DNA of 53,925 bases. Source: Deltaproteobacteria bacterium (GTDB lineage Bacteria; Desulfobacterota; Desulfobacteria; Desulfobacterales; C00003060). Each line of letters starts with the position of its first letter. Position 1 is the stretch's first letter. Under the pieces are notes generated by a model. That model made no database searches. It was not told the DNA's origin and worked only from the letters and a program-made list of their open reading frames with translations. The DNA is taken from positions 1 to 53,925 of the forward strand of contig JAUVJO010000001.1 in NCBI GenBank assembly GCA_030592345.1. Reading direction: 5' to 3'. The translations under genes and the position numbers were made by a program. This document shows positions 1-9,393 of the stretch, in pieces.

Positions 1-27
1 AATGAGTTCGCAGAACTGGCGAGACGC

Positions 28-243
28 CTACTTCTCCCTTTCCTCAAACTCCATGGTTTCGTCATTCAGCAAACCAAGATAGTTGTCGTCTTTGTCAAAC
101 AAAAACCATAACTGACCGACACTAAGAGCAGTTGCCCACACTACCTCTGCTTCCATTTCAAGGAAAACACTTTCTGGTGAGACAGGTGAACTTTTGATCC
201 CGACTTCCTTGAAAAAATCCAAAAACCTCTCTTTGTCTGACAT
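28..243 (-). CDS. hypothetical small acidic protein (71 aa)
   Basis: ATG-started ORF (MSDKERFLDFF...). No motif recognised. The overlapping 141..389(-) ORF is judged spurious. Confidence 0.3.
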   Translation of the reverse strand: MSDKERFLDFFKEVGIKSSPVSPESVFLEMEAEVVWATALSVGQLWFLFDKDDNYLGLLNDETMEFEEREK

Positions 244-346
244 CTCTTCTTCCTTTTGGTATACGTAAACAGTTGAGTGGTTGAGTGGTACTTAACCATT
301 TGACCCAGTCCGCACTCTAAAAAAAGCTGTGCTGAAACTGATCGGT

Positions 347-499
347 TATACCTCGGAAGGTTGCAAATTGCGTTTTTTTCGGTGAGCAATGAGCATCAAG
401 AGCAAGGCGCGGAATAGCAGGCTATTGCAAGCCTGAGCAACACAGCTATTGGTGTTCATGGCCAGCGAAAAATCGTTATTTGTGGCCTTTCGAGGTATA
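347..499. repeat. imperfect inverted-repeat element (~153 bp)
   Basis: Left arm tatacctcggaaggttgcaaattgcg (347-372) matches the reverse complement of the right arm cgttatttgtggcctttcgaggtata (474-499) at 20 of 26 positions. An inner palindrome caggct-attgca-agcctg lies at 418-435. Confidence 0.4.
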
Positions 500-524
500 G
501 TTCACTTTAGCTCACTTTTCCACC

Positions 525-684
525 AGCTTTGAGCTTTCAGCTTTGAGCCTTCAGCTTTGAGCCTTCAGCTTTGAGCCTTCAGCTTTGAGCTTTCAGCTTT
601 GAGCCTTCAGCTTTGAGCTTTCAGCTTTGAGCTTTCAGCTTTGAGCCTTCAGCTTTGAGCCTTCAGCTTTGAGCCTTCAGCTCC
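525..684. repeat. 14-bp tandem repeat, 11 full copies plus a partial copy
   Basis: The unit is agctttgagcYttc. Copies start at 525, 539, 553 ... 665. The Y position reads T,C,C,C,T,C,T,T,C,C,C. The array ends 49 nt before the gmd ATG. Confidence 0.95.
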
Positions 685-732
685 CATCTCAGTCTGTGTG
701 GATCTGTGGCTAAAAAACAGATCGGAGTTGCT

Positions 733-1896
733 ATGTCATCCAACGATAAAATCGCTTTATTAACCGGAATCACCGGCCAGGACGGCGCTTACCTGGCTGA
801 ATTACTCCTGGAAAAGGGCTATGAAGTCCACGGCCTCATCCGCCGATCCAGCACCTTTAACACGGATCGCATCGATCACATCTATCAAGACCCTCACCTT
901 CCGGATGCAAAACTCCACCTCCACTATGGCGATCTGTCCGTCTCCGGCCAGATAACAGACCTGATCTACAACATCCAGCCTGCTGAGATTTACAACCTTG
1001 GAGCACAGAGCCACGTACGGGTTAGCTTTGACATGCCGGAATATACCGGGGATGTCACAGGCCTTGGCACAGTGAGACTCCTGGAGGCAATCAGAAAGAC
1101 TGGAGTTAAAACCAAATTCTACCAGGCATCATCCAGCGAAATGTTCGGTAGCGCCCCAGCACCCCAAAACGAGCAGACCCCTTTTGAGCCTCAAAGTCCC
1201 TATGCAGCAGCAAAAGTCTACGCTTACTGGCTGGTCAAGAATTACCGTAAAGGATACAATATCTTTGCCAGTAACGGCATCCTTTTCAACCACGAATCAC
1301 CTCTTCGCGGTGAGACATTCGTGACACGCAAGATTACTCGCGCTGTCGCAAGAATCAGGTATGGTTTCCAGGAGAACCTTTATTTGGGAAACCTTGAGGC
1401 AAAAAGAGATTGGGGTTACGCACCGGACTATGTAAAAGCCATGTGGCTTATGCTCCAAAAAGACCGCCCTGGGGATTATGTCATTGCCACCGGTGAATCC
1501 CACAGCGTTCGCGAATTCTGCGAACTGGCATTTAAAGAAGCCGGCATGGAACTGGAATGGCGTGGCTCCGGCACCTCAGAAGTAGCCGTCCTTACCGGGT
1601 TTAATAGAGATCAAGTCGCGTCTGATGCTACCTTTGAGCCTGATACCTCAAGCAGTGCGATCCTTATGCCTAAGACAGGCAACGAGGTCGTGCGCATAGA
1701 CCCTCGCTACTTCCGTCCCACAGAGGTTGAATATCTTCTCGGTGATGCATCTAAAGCCCGTGGAGAAGTGGGGTGGGAGCCAACGGTTACGTTCAAACAA
1801 CTGGTTCAAATTATGGTCAACGCAGATATTCAGGACCTTCAAAACCTGCACCGTTGCCAGGACGTGATTCAGCGTATTATTAACCAAAAAAAATAA
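733..1896 (+). CDS. gmd: GDP-mannose 4,6-dehydratase
   Basis: The N-terminus [38 protein letters not shown] and [17 protein letters not shown] are typical Gmd motifs. ATG 733 has a GGAG 5 nt upstream. The ORF track starts at an upstream GTG (706). Confidence 0.9.
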   Translation: MSSNDKIALLTGITGQDGAYLAELLLEKGYEVHGLIRRSSTFNTDRIDHIYQDPHLPDAKLHLHYGDLSVSGQITDLIYNIQPAEIYNLGAQSHVRVSFDMPEYTGDVTGLGTVRLLEAIRKTGVKTKFYQASSSEMFGSAPAPQNEQTPFEPQSPYAAAKVYAYWLVKNYRKGYNIFASNGILFNHESPLRGETFVTRKITRAVARIRYGFQENLYLGNLEAKRDWGYAPDYVKAMWLMLQKDRPGDYVIATGESHSVREFCELAFKEAGMELEWRGSGTSEVAVLTGFNRDQVASDATFEPDTSSSAILMPKTGNEVVRIDPRYFRPTEVEYLLGDASKARGEVGWEPTVTFKQLVQIMVNADIQDLQNLHRCQDVIQRIINQKK

Positions 1897-2007
1897 TGGC
1901 AACAGGCAGACAAAGCAAAAAGGGCCTAACCCTCTCCCGGTTGCCCCAACTGTTAAAAAAATACAAAACACCAGAAAAATTATGTTGACAACGTTTTTTG
2001 TTGTGTT

Positions 2008-2592
2008 ATGAGTAGTTATCTTACTCGTAACGGGGTAATTTTGGATAATCTATTTACAGGCATCATATCATCAAAGACCAGGATCAAGCTTTTGATCAGG
2101 TTTTTCTTTAACCCGAATACAAGGTCATACTTGAGGGAACTGGCCAAGGAGTTCGATGTTTCCACGAACTCGGTTCGGGAAGAGCTCAACCAGCTTACAA
2201 AAACAAACCTCCTCAAATCCGAAAAAAACGGCCGTCATGTCTTTTATGCGGCTAACCAAGAACATCCACTGTTTCCGGAACTCAAATCCATGGTTAGTAA
2301 AGTCATCGGCATTGACCAGGTCATAGACGGTGTTGCCAGCAGGCTGGGTGATCTGGAACTGGCCTATTTGATCGATGATTACGCTGAAGGCAAAGATACT
2401 GGAATCATTGATCTTTTATTGGTAGGAAATATTGATCAGTATCATCTAAACGATTTGAGCAGAAAAACTGAACGATATATCAAGCGGAAGATTCGATCTC
2501 TGGTCCTCAGTCAGGAGGAGTTCGAAAGAATGAAACCCAAGTTACAACAGAAACCGCAACTGCTTGTTTGGGAAAAAAGTCAAATTCCCTAA
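2008..2592 (+). CDS. winged-helix (ArsR-like) transcriptional regulator
   Basis: SYLRELAKEFDVSTNSVREELNQLTKTNLLKSEKNGRHVFY is a wHTH signature. The C-terminal ~90 aa is of unknown function. Confidence 0.6.
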   Translation: MSSYLTRNGVILDNLFTGIISSKTRIKLLIRFFFNPNTRSYLRELAKEFDVSTNSVREELNQLTKTNLLKSEKNGRHVFYAANQEHPLFPELKSMVSKVIGIDQVIDGVASRLGDLELAYLIDDYAEGKDTGIIDLLLVGNIDQYHLNDLSRKTERYIKRKIRSLVLSQEEFERMKPKLQQKPQLLVWEKSQIP

Positions 2593-2834
2593 CGTATTCC
2601 ACTGGAACTGGCCGAACAAAAAACTTTGAATACAAACGATCCTGTATAGCCAGCGAAATCCAGGGTTACGGTTTGCGGGTGGCTTAATCTTGGGCTGGCC
2701 GAGTGTCAATTAGGACTTACGCCTTGGGCTTGGGCGGCAGATTCAAAACAACATAAAAGGCTAGTATCTCAGTAGGCTACGTTAACGTTTGCCGAGTAAC
2801 TGAACGGGCGGAGCTGGGTGTACAGTATTTCGAA

Positions 2835-3365
2835 TTGCGGATTGCGGAGTTTAACAATGAGCCAAAATTTTTTAAAGGCCGTATTTGGGGATTATCCCCA
2901 GTTCCAGGATTACAATTCCATACGGTCCGCATTGCAAAACACCAGGGAAAAGAACGATATTCAAAGATTTCGCTGGATACTGGGACGCTTTCTCGGCCCC
3001 ATGCTCCATGCCTATTACAAGGCAGAACCCTTGAGTTTAAAAGGGAACTTCCCAGAAACAGAAAGAATATACTAAGAACGATAGTTGCATTTTCCAATGG
3101 TTCAGGCGGCACGGTGTGCCTTGGTGTTGATGACGACCGAACAGTGGTTGGCGTCCAGGATGATCCCTTTATCCTGGAAGAACGACTTTCCAGCGTTATT
3201 TATGATTCAATCTCGCCCACTCCCAATGTGTTTTTCCAGACAAATATTGACTTTCAGAAAAAAATTTTGGGCTGCGTTATCAGTCGAAATCCTCGACGAC
3301 GTACTGTCAGTACGCCTTACTCGGAAGTCAGATATCATAAAACAGGGATCAGTGTTGTTTACTGA
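2835..3365 (+). pseudogene. fragment of an AlbA_2 (Schlafen-like) DNA-binding-domain protein
   Basis: RTLEFKRELPRNRKNILRTIVAFSNGSGGTVCLGVDDD matches the start of AlbA_2-type ATP-dependent DNA-binding regulators. There is no plausible start near the domain N-terminus. The ORF stops after ~110 aa of domain, abutting the TA pair. Confidence 0.45.
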
Positions 3366-3676
3366 TAAGCAGAATCATGGTCAGGATGTAACGACAGCAG
3401 GCGCAGCCATGAGCCGTCACGATATGCCACTCCACGAAACCCCTTGCTGATTCGGACACTGTAAAGCTTGTTACCGCTTGGACCTTTTTGTGATAGAATA
3501 AGCTCCCATTTTAAACCATAATCTGCATATACCTGTTGCCATGTCATGTTCGCTAATTTTCGCAAGGTATTTAGAATGTTGCACTGATCGCTTTTGGTGA
3601 GGTTGAAAAGCTGTCGTTGAAAGACGGGGTTGTTCAAATCCAAACGTATGTGTTGATGTGTTTTCTGGTTCATCAT
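3359..3676 (-). CDS. putative RelE/ParE-superfamily toxin (105 aa)
   Basis: The size, the C-terminal LYSVRISKGFRGVAYRDGSWLRLLSLHPDHDSAY pattern and the 4-nt overlap with the upstream antitoxin ORF support the call. Confidence 0.5.
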   Translation of the reverse strand: MMNQKTHQHIRLDLNNPVFQRQLFNLTKSDQCNILNTLRKLANMTWQQVYADYGLKWELILSQKGPSGNKLYSVRISKGFRGVAYRDGSWLRLLSLHPDHDSAYQ

Positions 3677-3924
3677 TTGATCCGGGCTTCTAATTCCTCA
3701 AAGTTTGTCTCTTTGGGTGAATTTTCTTCTGCCCAGGCAACAGCTTCATTGAGATCGGTCTGAACATCCGGCCTGTGAAGCCATTTTTCATTATCGGGAA
3801 TGAAGCGCCCCAGCTTGACGATCCAAACGCCTATGTCTATCTCATTTAACATTACGGTTTGACCCGCGTATTTTTTACCCAGGGAGATCTGCCCGCTACT
3901 GCCGACGGTTTTTATAATGTTCAT
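3673..3924 (-). CDS. AbrB/MazE (SpoVT-AbrB) type antitoxin (83 aa)
   Basis: The N-terminal VGSSGQISLGKKYAGQTVMLNEI looped-hinge-like segment fits this family. The ORF is translationally coupled to 3359..3676. Confidence 0.6.
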   Translation of the reverse strand: MNIIKTVGSSGQISLGKKYAGQTVMLNEIDIGVWIVKLGRFIPDNEKWLHRPDVQTDLNEAVAWAEENSPKETNFEELEARIK

Positions 3925-4375
3925 AACTACTCCTAAAATTAATGTTGTGATTTAAGATAGCACGAATGCATGATAAGTCAAGGATAAAATCAGGGTAAAA
4001 TCAGAGATCAGAGGACAGATTTGAAGGGTTGATGAGCTTTTTCATCATTAACAAAGACGAATTCGTAAAAAGTTGTCACTCCGGTGAAAACCGGAGTCCA
4101 GATGGTCTGCAACTGCTTAAAAGGACTGTACTGCGCAGTGAAGAAGCGAATAAAGTCAAACTCTGGGAATCCCCCGGCAGAGCCGTGGGTTTACTCATGA
4201 TTATTATTTGAAGGTCAAACAGTGGATACGCTTTATGACAAGACTGTAGATGTGGTAAATCAAGAATGGGTTCAACAGTGCAAAAATGTGCGGCAGAAGG
4301 CATTAAGAATTCAAAAATACATCCTTTGAAAGACGCAAAAATATTATCTTCAACTCCGTAGTGAGAGGAACAGGT

Positions 4376-5377
4376 ATGGATATTCGCGGCAAGAAAATCC
4401 TGGTTATCGGCGGGGCCGGACTTATCGGCTCGCATGTGGTGGAGGAGCTGCTTAAGGAAGACGTGGAAGAGGTTATCGTCTATGATAATTTTTGCAGGGG
4501 AACATGTGAAAACCTGGAAGAAGCTCTGAAAGATCCACGTTGCCGGATCTTTGAAATCGGAGGCGATATCCTTCAGACGGACGTACTGGATGCAGCCATG
4601 AAAGGCGTGGACGGCGTTGTTCATCTGGCAGCTTTGTGGCTTCTTCAGTGCTATGAATTCCCGAGAGCGGCCTTTGATGTGAATATCCGTGGCACCTTCA
4701 ATGTACTGGAGGCGTGTGTGGCCAATAAAGTAGCGCGGCTGGTTTACTCTTCTTCCGCATCTGTCTATGGGGATGCCGTCGAGGAACCAATGACAGAAGG
4801 TCATCCTTACAACAACTGGACATTTTACGGTGCTACAAAAATCGCCGGGGAACACATGTTCAAATCTTATCACACGCGTTATGACCTTAACGGTGTGGGC
4901 TTGAGATATATGAACGTCTATGGGCCTCGCCAGGATTATAAGGGCACCTATATTGCTGTTATGATGAAGATCCTCGACAACCTCGATAAGGGATTTCCCC
5001 CGGTTGTTTTTGGAGACGGCAGCCAGGCCTATGACTTCATTTATGTTGGTGATGCGGCCCGCGCTAATGTGTGTGCACTTAAAAGCGATGTTCCTTTTGG
5101 CTTTTACAATGTGGGCCGAGGCATAAAGACTTCCATCAAGGAATTGACGGATTTGATCTTGAAAATCACTGGTTCGGATTTGAACATTCAGTATGAACCT
5201 GCGGGCCAGACCTTTGTGACCAATCGTGTGGGGGATGCAACTGCAGCCGAAAATGATCTCGGGTTTAGATGGACAGTGGACCTGGAAGATGGTCTGGGGC
5301 GGCTTATCCAATGGCGAAAATCGCATATCAAAGAAGTGGAAAAGAGACGCAAGAAAGCAGGAATAGAAGAGGCGTAG
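4376..5377 (+). CDS. NAD-dependent epimerase/dehydratase (extended SDR)
   Basis: GKKILVIGGAGLIGSH Rossmann motif, YGATK (YxxxK) and SSSASVYG are present. ATG 4376 is preceded by GAGGA. The track starts at GTG 4361. Confidence 0.85.
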   Translation: MDIRGKKILVIGGAGLIGSHVVEELLKEDVEEVIVYDNFCRGTCENLEEALKDPRCRIFEIGGDILQTDVLDAAMKGVDGVVHLAALWLLQCYEFPRAAFDVNIRGTFNVLEACVANKVARLVYSSSASVYGDAVEEPMTEGHPYNNWTFYGATKIAGEHMFKSYHTRYDLNGVGLRYMNVYGPRQDYKGTYIAVMMKILDNLDKGFPPVVFGDGSQAYDFIYVGDAARANVCALKSDVPFGFYNVGRGIKTSIKELTDLILKITGSDLNIQYEPAGQTFVTNRVGDATAAENDLGFRWTVDLEDGLGRLIQWRKSHIKEVEKRRKKAGIEEA

Positions 5378-5445
5378 GTTATCAGTTATCAAAAAAGCCC
5401 ATCCCGGATTGCCGAAATCTGATATAAGAAATTTGGGGGAATGTA

Positions 5446-5733
5446 ATGAAGGCGATTATCGAGGGGAATACCATCAGGTTAGAAGAGAACATATTACCAC
5501 AAGGATCTCCGCCGATTGAAGGCGAGGTCGAGTTAAACGGGGAAACGATTTCCATATGTATGGCAAAGAAACCATATGGGAACATGTCAGATATAGTCAG
5601 GGCTCTGGTAAATGAAGGATATTTGGAAAAGACCTCTGCCGTAGTGACGACAAAAAAGACTCGCAGGAGGCATCCCTTGGTAGAGGCGCATGGCAGACCG
5701 GTTTCAGAAACCATAATTGAGGATCGGAGATAG
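5446..5733 (+). CDS. VapB-like antitoxin (95 aa)
   Basis: The MKAIIEGNTIRLEE N-terminus and the ...SETIIEDRR C-terminus resemble PIN-associated antitoxins. A GGGGGA RBS is present. The stop lies 5 nt before the PIN ORF. Confidence 0.55.
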   Translation: MKAIIEGNTIRLEENILPQGSPPIEGEVELNGETISICMAKKPYGNMSDIVRALVNEGYLEKTSAVVTTKKTRRRHPLVEAHGRPVSETIIEDRR

Positions 5734-5738
5734 TCAGA

Positions 5739-7457
5739 TTGATTTATTATTATCTTGATTCAAGCGCTATCGTAAAAAGATATATCCGAGAGCAGGGCTC
5801 TCAATTCATAGCCGATATAATTACTAAACCAGACTGTCACTTTTCAACTGTATCTATCAGTAAAACGGAAGTCATATCCGCCTTGAGCAAGAGATATAGG
5901 GAAAAAGAGCTTTCAGATGACGATTATGGGGCTGTATTGGATAGGGTATTGTTGGATTTTGATGATGAATACAGTATAATACCAGCAAGCCAGGAACTTG
6001 TCAGTCTATCTGCGAGGCTGGCCCAAGTCTACCCGTTGAAAGGTTATGATTGTATTCAGTTATCTGCTGCCATATCTTTGAAAACCAGGCTCAAAGATTT
6101 CAACGTTAGAACGGTATTGATATCATCAGACTCACAAGTGTGCAACGCGGCAGCAGACGAGGGGTTTGAGGTCATAGACCCCAACAAGATCACCAAAGAA
6201 GGCAAGCAGAAACCTCCCGTACAGCCTCAAATGCAAATACCCGTAACAAGACCAGTCTTTGATTATTCAGACAGGGAGGCCATTCTCAGACCGCTGTCAA
6301 TTGGTTGGGTAGTACAGGGACCAAATGTGAAGAAATTCGAGGAGCTATTTGCTGAATTCACAGGAGTAAAACATGCTGTTGCTACGAATTCTTGCACGGC
6401 TGCTCTACATCTTGGGCTTCTTTCTTTGGGAATTGCACCTGGAGATGAAGTCATTGTCCCCTCATTCACATTCATTGCAACCGCTAATGCAGTAGAATAT
6501 TGCGGGGCTAGACCGATTTTTTGTGACGTTGATCTGGGAACGTTCAACATAGATATTGAAAAAATAGAAGAGGTTTGTGAGCACAATGCTCAAAACGGAA
6601 ATCTCAAGGCTATCATGCCTGTCAGCCTTTTTGGCCTAAGCGCTAATATGCCCGCAATATGCGAGATTGCCGGCAGATATGGCTTCAGAGTGCTGGAAGA
6701 CGCCGCGTGTGCGCTCGGTTCAGGAATATCTCATCCTTCAGCTTCGGACTTTGGGCTGAAGCATTCCGGTACCTGGGATGATGCGGCAGCATTCTCTTTT
6801 CATCCGAGAAAGGCGATGACCACCGGGGAAGGGGGGATGTTTACCACAAACTCTGATGAACTGGCTGACAGAGTCCGTTCGCTCCGTGACCATGGGGCTT
6901 CAAAATCTGATCTGCAAAGACACATCGAGAAGGGCGGATCGCTCTTGCCTGAATATAATGTCCTCGGCTTCAATTACAGAATGACAGATATACAGGGATC
7001 GCTTGGAACTACACAGGTGCAAAAGGCAGATGAGATAATCAGAAACAGGATGGCGAGGGCAAACAGGTACAATGAACTGCTCAAAGGGATAGAGTGGCTG
7101 AAAATCCCGTATGTGCCACAGAATTATGTCCACGCTTATCAATCATACGTCTGTTTGGTCGTCAGCAATAAGTTGACAGTTGATGGCAAAATAGACTGGG
7201 ATGAAGTCAACAGGTTGAATCTGCTCAGAAACCGGCTAATGGCCAAGCTCGAGGATAGAGGGGTTTCAACCCGGCAAGGGACACACGCAGTTCACACACT
7301 CGGTTATTACAGGGACAAATATCGAATCAAGAATCATGATTATCCAAACTCATTCGTTGCTGACAGACTGAGCATTACTCTACCTCTGTATCCCCAAATG
7401 ACAGAAGATGAGCAGAAATATGTAGCCCAACAGCTTTTGAAAGCTCAAACACGATAA
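5739..7457 (+). CDS. PIN-domain (VapC-like) N-terminus fused in frame to a DegT/DnrJ/EryC1/StrS sugar aminotransferase
   Basis: TTG start. Residues 1-150 have the PIN acidic quartet D7 (YLDSS), E44, D104 (GYDCIQL) and D131 (ISSDS). From M165 (nt 6231) the sequence is MQIPVTRPVF...NSCTAALHLGL...SFHPRKAMTTGEGG, typical of DegT. There is no stop codon between the two parts. Confidence 0.7.
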   Translation: MIYYYLDSSAIVKRYIREQGSQFIADIITKPDCHFSTVSISKTEVISALSKRYREKELSDDDYGAVLDRVLLDFDDEYSIIPASQELVSLSARLAQVYPLKGYDCIQLSAAISLKTRLKDFNVRTVLISSDSQVCNAAADEGFEVIDPNKITKEGKQKPPVQPQMQIPVTRPVFDYSDREAILRPLSIGWVVQGPNVKKFEELFAEFTGVKHAVATNSCTAALHLGLLSLGIAPGDEVIVPSFTFIATANAVEYCGARPIFCDVDLGTFNIDIEKIEEVCEHNAQNGNLKAIMPVSLFGLSANMPAICEIAGRYGFRVLEDAACALGSGISHPSASDFGLKHSGTWDDAAAFSFHPRKAMTTGEGGMFTTNSDELADRVRSLRDHGASKSDLQRHIEKGGSLLPEYNVLGFNYRMTDIQGSLGTTQVQKADEIIRNRMARANRYNELLKGIEWLKIPYVPQNYVHAYQSYVCLVVSNKLTVDGKIDWDEVNRLNLLRNRLMAKLEDRGVSTRQGTHAVHTLGYYRDKYRIKNHDYPNSFVADRLSITLPLYPQMTEDEQKYVAQQLLKAQTR

Positions 7458-7459
7458 GT

Positions 7460-9349
7460 ATGTGCGGAATCTGCGGAATATTTAACTTGAACGGCGAACC
7501 AGTATCTCCGGTGAACTTGCGGAAAATGACCGATGCCATCGCCCACCGCGGGCCAGATGGAGAGGGGTTCTACATCGATAGCTTCATCGGGCTGGGTCAT
7601 CGAAGGCTGGCCATCATTGACCTTTCTCCTGCTGGCCACCAGCCCATGCTTTCACCGGACGGTAATCATGCCTTGACCTACAATGGTGAAGTATACAACT
7701 TCCAAGAACTGCGCATGGAATTGGAAAGCCTGGGCCATCAGTTCCGCTCCCGGACCGATTCCGAGGTGGTGCTCCATGCTTACGCCCAGTGGGGAGCTAA
7801 TTGCTTAAACCGCTTCAACGGCATGTTCGCTTTTGCCGTGTGGGACAAGACCAGACAGGAGCTTTTCCTGGCCCGGGACCGCTACGGAATTAAACCGTTG
7901 TACTACACCTTTACAGGCAATTACTTCATTTTTGCTTCAGAGCAAAAAGCAATCCTCACCCATCCTGCTGTTCGTCGGGACATCGACCTGGAGGCTCTGC
8001 TTGAATACTTCACGTTCCAAAATATTTTCACTGACAAAACTCTGCTCAAAGGCATCAAACTTTTCCCTCCTGGCCACTACTCCAGACTCCCTCTTGGCTC
8101 TGCCCTTGTGCCTGACTCCTTCAGCCTTAAGCCTGTCCAATATTGGGACTTCGATTTCCGCGAACCCGAACATCCCGCCACTGAAGCCGAATATATAGAG
8201 GAACTCGACCGCCTTTTCCGTCAGGCAGTAAATCGTCAGCTTATAAGCGATGTGGAACTGGGCTCCTATCTAAGCGGTGGTATGGATTCGGGTTCAATCA
8301 CTGCCATTGCTGCCACCCAACTACCTTATATAAAAACCTTCACCTGTGGCTTTGATCTGCACTCGGCGTCGGGCCTGGAACTAGGCTTTGATGAGCGTCA
8401 GAAATCTGAGTTCATGTCCTATCTCTTCAAGACGGAGCACTACGAGATGGTGCTCAAGGCCGGGGATATGGAACGGGTTTTGCCCAAATTGGCCTGGCAT
8501 CTGGAAGAACCCCGGGTGGGTCAAAGTTATCCGAACTTCTACGCGGCACAATTGGCTTCCAAGTTTGTCAAGGTGATCTTGACCGGCTCAGGTGGCGACG
8601 AATTGTTTGCTGGCTATCCCTGGCGCTATTACCGTGCTATTGTTAATGATAGTTTTGAAGGCTACATTGACAAATATTACGCATTTTGGCAACGCCTGAT
8701 TCCTAACAGAACTATCCACAACGTGTTTCGGCCTGTGTGGAACGAAGTTGGACACGTTTGGACCCATGATATCTTCCGCGATGTTTTTCGGGAACAGGCA
8801 CACAATCTCGCGACGCCTCAAGACTATATAAATCATTCACTGTATTTTGAGGCAAAAACTTTCCTTCACGGCCTTCTCGTCGTTGATGATAAACTGAGTA
8901 TGGCCCACAGCCTGGAAACACGGGTGCCTTTTTTAGACAATGACCTTGTCGATTTTGCTATGCAGGTGCCTGTAACCCTGAAGCTACAGAACCTTAAAGA
9001 AGTCATCCGCATAAGCGAAAACGAGCCCGGCAAGGTCAAAAAGCATTTTGAAAAAACAAGAGACGGTAAATTAGTCCTGAGAAAAGTCATGGGACGCTAT
9101 GTGCCCGAAACCATTACCAGCGGTATCAAGCATGGCTTTTCCGCACCTGACGCGTCCTGGTTCAAAGGTGACAGCATTGAATATGTGCAGAAGATTATCT
9201 TTAAAGATAATGCTCATATTTACAACTACCTGGATCGAAAGGCGTTACAAGAACTGGTACAGGAACATCTCGATGGCGCGATTAACCGGCGATTGCTCAT
9301 CTGGTCAGTGCTGAATTTTGAATGGTGGCTGAGGAAGTATCTTGCTTAA
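7460..9349 (+). CDS. AsnB-family glutamine-dependent amidotransferase, paralogue 1 (629 aa, short class)
   Basis: MCGICGIF (Cys2 nucleophile), HRGPD, HRRLAIIDLSPAGHQPM, YNGEVYN, SDSEV and the PP-loop LSGGMDSGS are present. The start lies 2 nt after the DegT stop. Confidence 0.9.
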   Translation: MCGICGIFNLNGEPVSPVNLRKMTDAIAHRGPDGEGFYIDSFIGLGHRRLAIIDLSPAGHQPMLSPDGNHALTYNGEVYNFQELRMELESLGHQFRSRTDSEVVLHAYAQWGANCLNRFNGMFAFAVWDKTRQELFLARDRYGIKPLYYTFTGNYFIFASEQKAILTHPAVRRDIDLEALLEYFTFQNIFTDKTLLKGIKLFPPGHYSRLPLGSALVPDSFSLKPVQYWDFDFREPEHPATEAEYIEELDRLFRQAVNRQLISDVELGSYLSGGMDSGSITAIAATQLPYIKTFTCGFDLHSASGLELGFDERQKSEFMSYLFKTEHYEMVLKAGDMERVLPKLAWHLEEPRVGQSYPNFYAAQLASKFVKVILTGSGGDELFAGYPWRYYRAIVNDSFEGYIDKYYAFWQRLIPNRTIHNVFRPVWNEVGHVWTHDIFRDVFREQAHNLATPQDYINHSLYFEAKTFLHGLLVVDDKLSMAHSLETRVPFLDNDLVDFAMQVPVTLKLQNLKEVIRISENEPGKVKKHFEKTRDGKLVLRKVMGRYVPETITSGIKHGFSAPDASWFKGDSIEYVQKIIFKDNAHIYNYLDRKALQELVQEHLDGAINRRLLIWSVLNFEWWLRKYLA

Positions 9350-9393
9350 AGCTTAAGCCTATAACCTGTGCCCGTAACCATTAGGGGGCTATC

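Noticed and set aside
525-684. Possible CRISPR array
   Set aside because: The units are contiguous 14-mers without spacers, and no cas genes are present. It is a tandem repeat, not a CRISPR array.
1985-2012. TTGACA at 1985-1990 as the -35 of a promoter for the wHTH regulator
   Set aside because: The only -10-like hexamer at suitable spacing (tatgag) overlaps the ATG at 2008. That would require a leaderless transcript, which cannot be supported from sequence alone.
4078-4097. Hairpin actccgg-tgaaaa-ccggagt as a terminator or regulatory element upstream of the SDR gene
   Set aside because: No T-tract follows it. It resembles a common short palindromic repeat type, and a single copy gives no evidence of function.
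4076-5392. 438-aa ORF on the minus strand
   Set aside because: It lies entirely antisense to a well-supported SDR epimerase gene and has no recognisable motifs. I treat it as a shadow ORF. The same reasoning applies to 27049..27729(-), 31721..32371(-), 36182..36664(-), 39033..39581(-) and 42702..43235(+).
7460-9349. AsnB-like genes as lasso-peptide cyclases
   Set aside because: I recognised no B-protein (transglutaminase-like protease) or short precursor ORF nearby. The context is entirely glycan biosynthesis.
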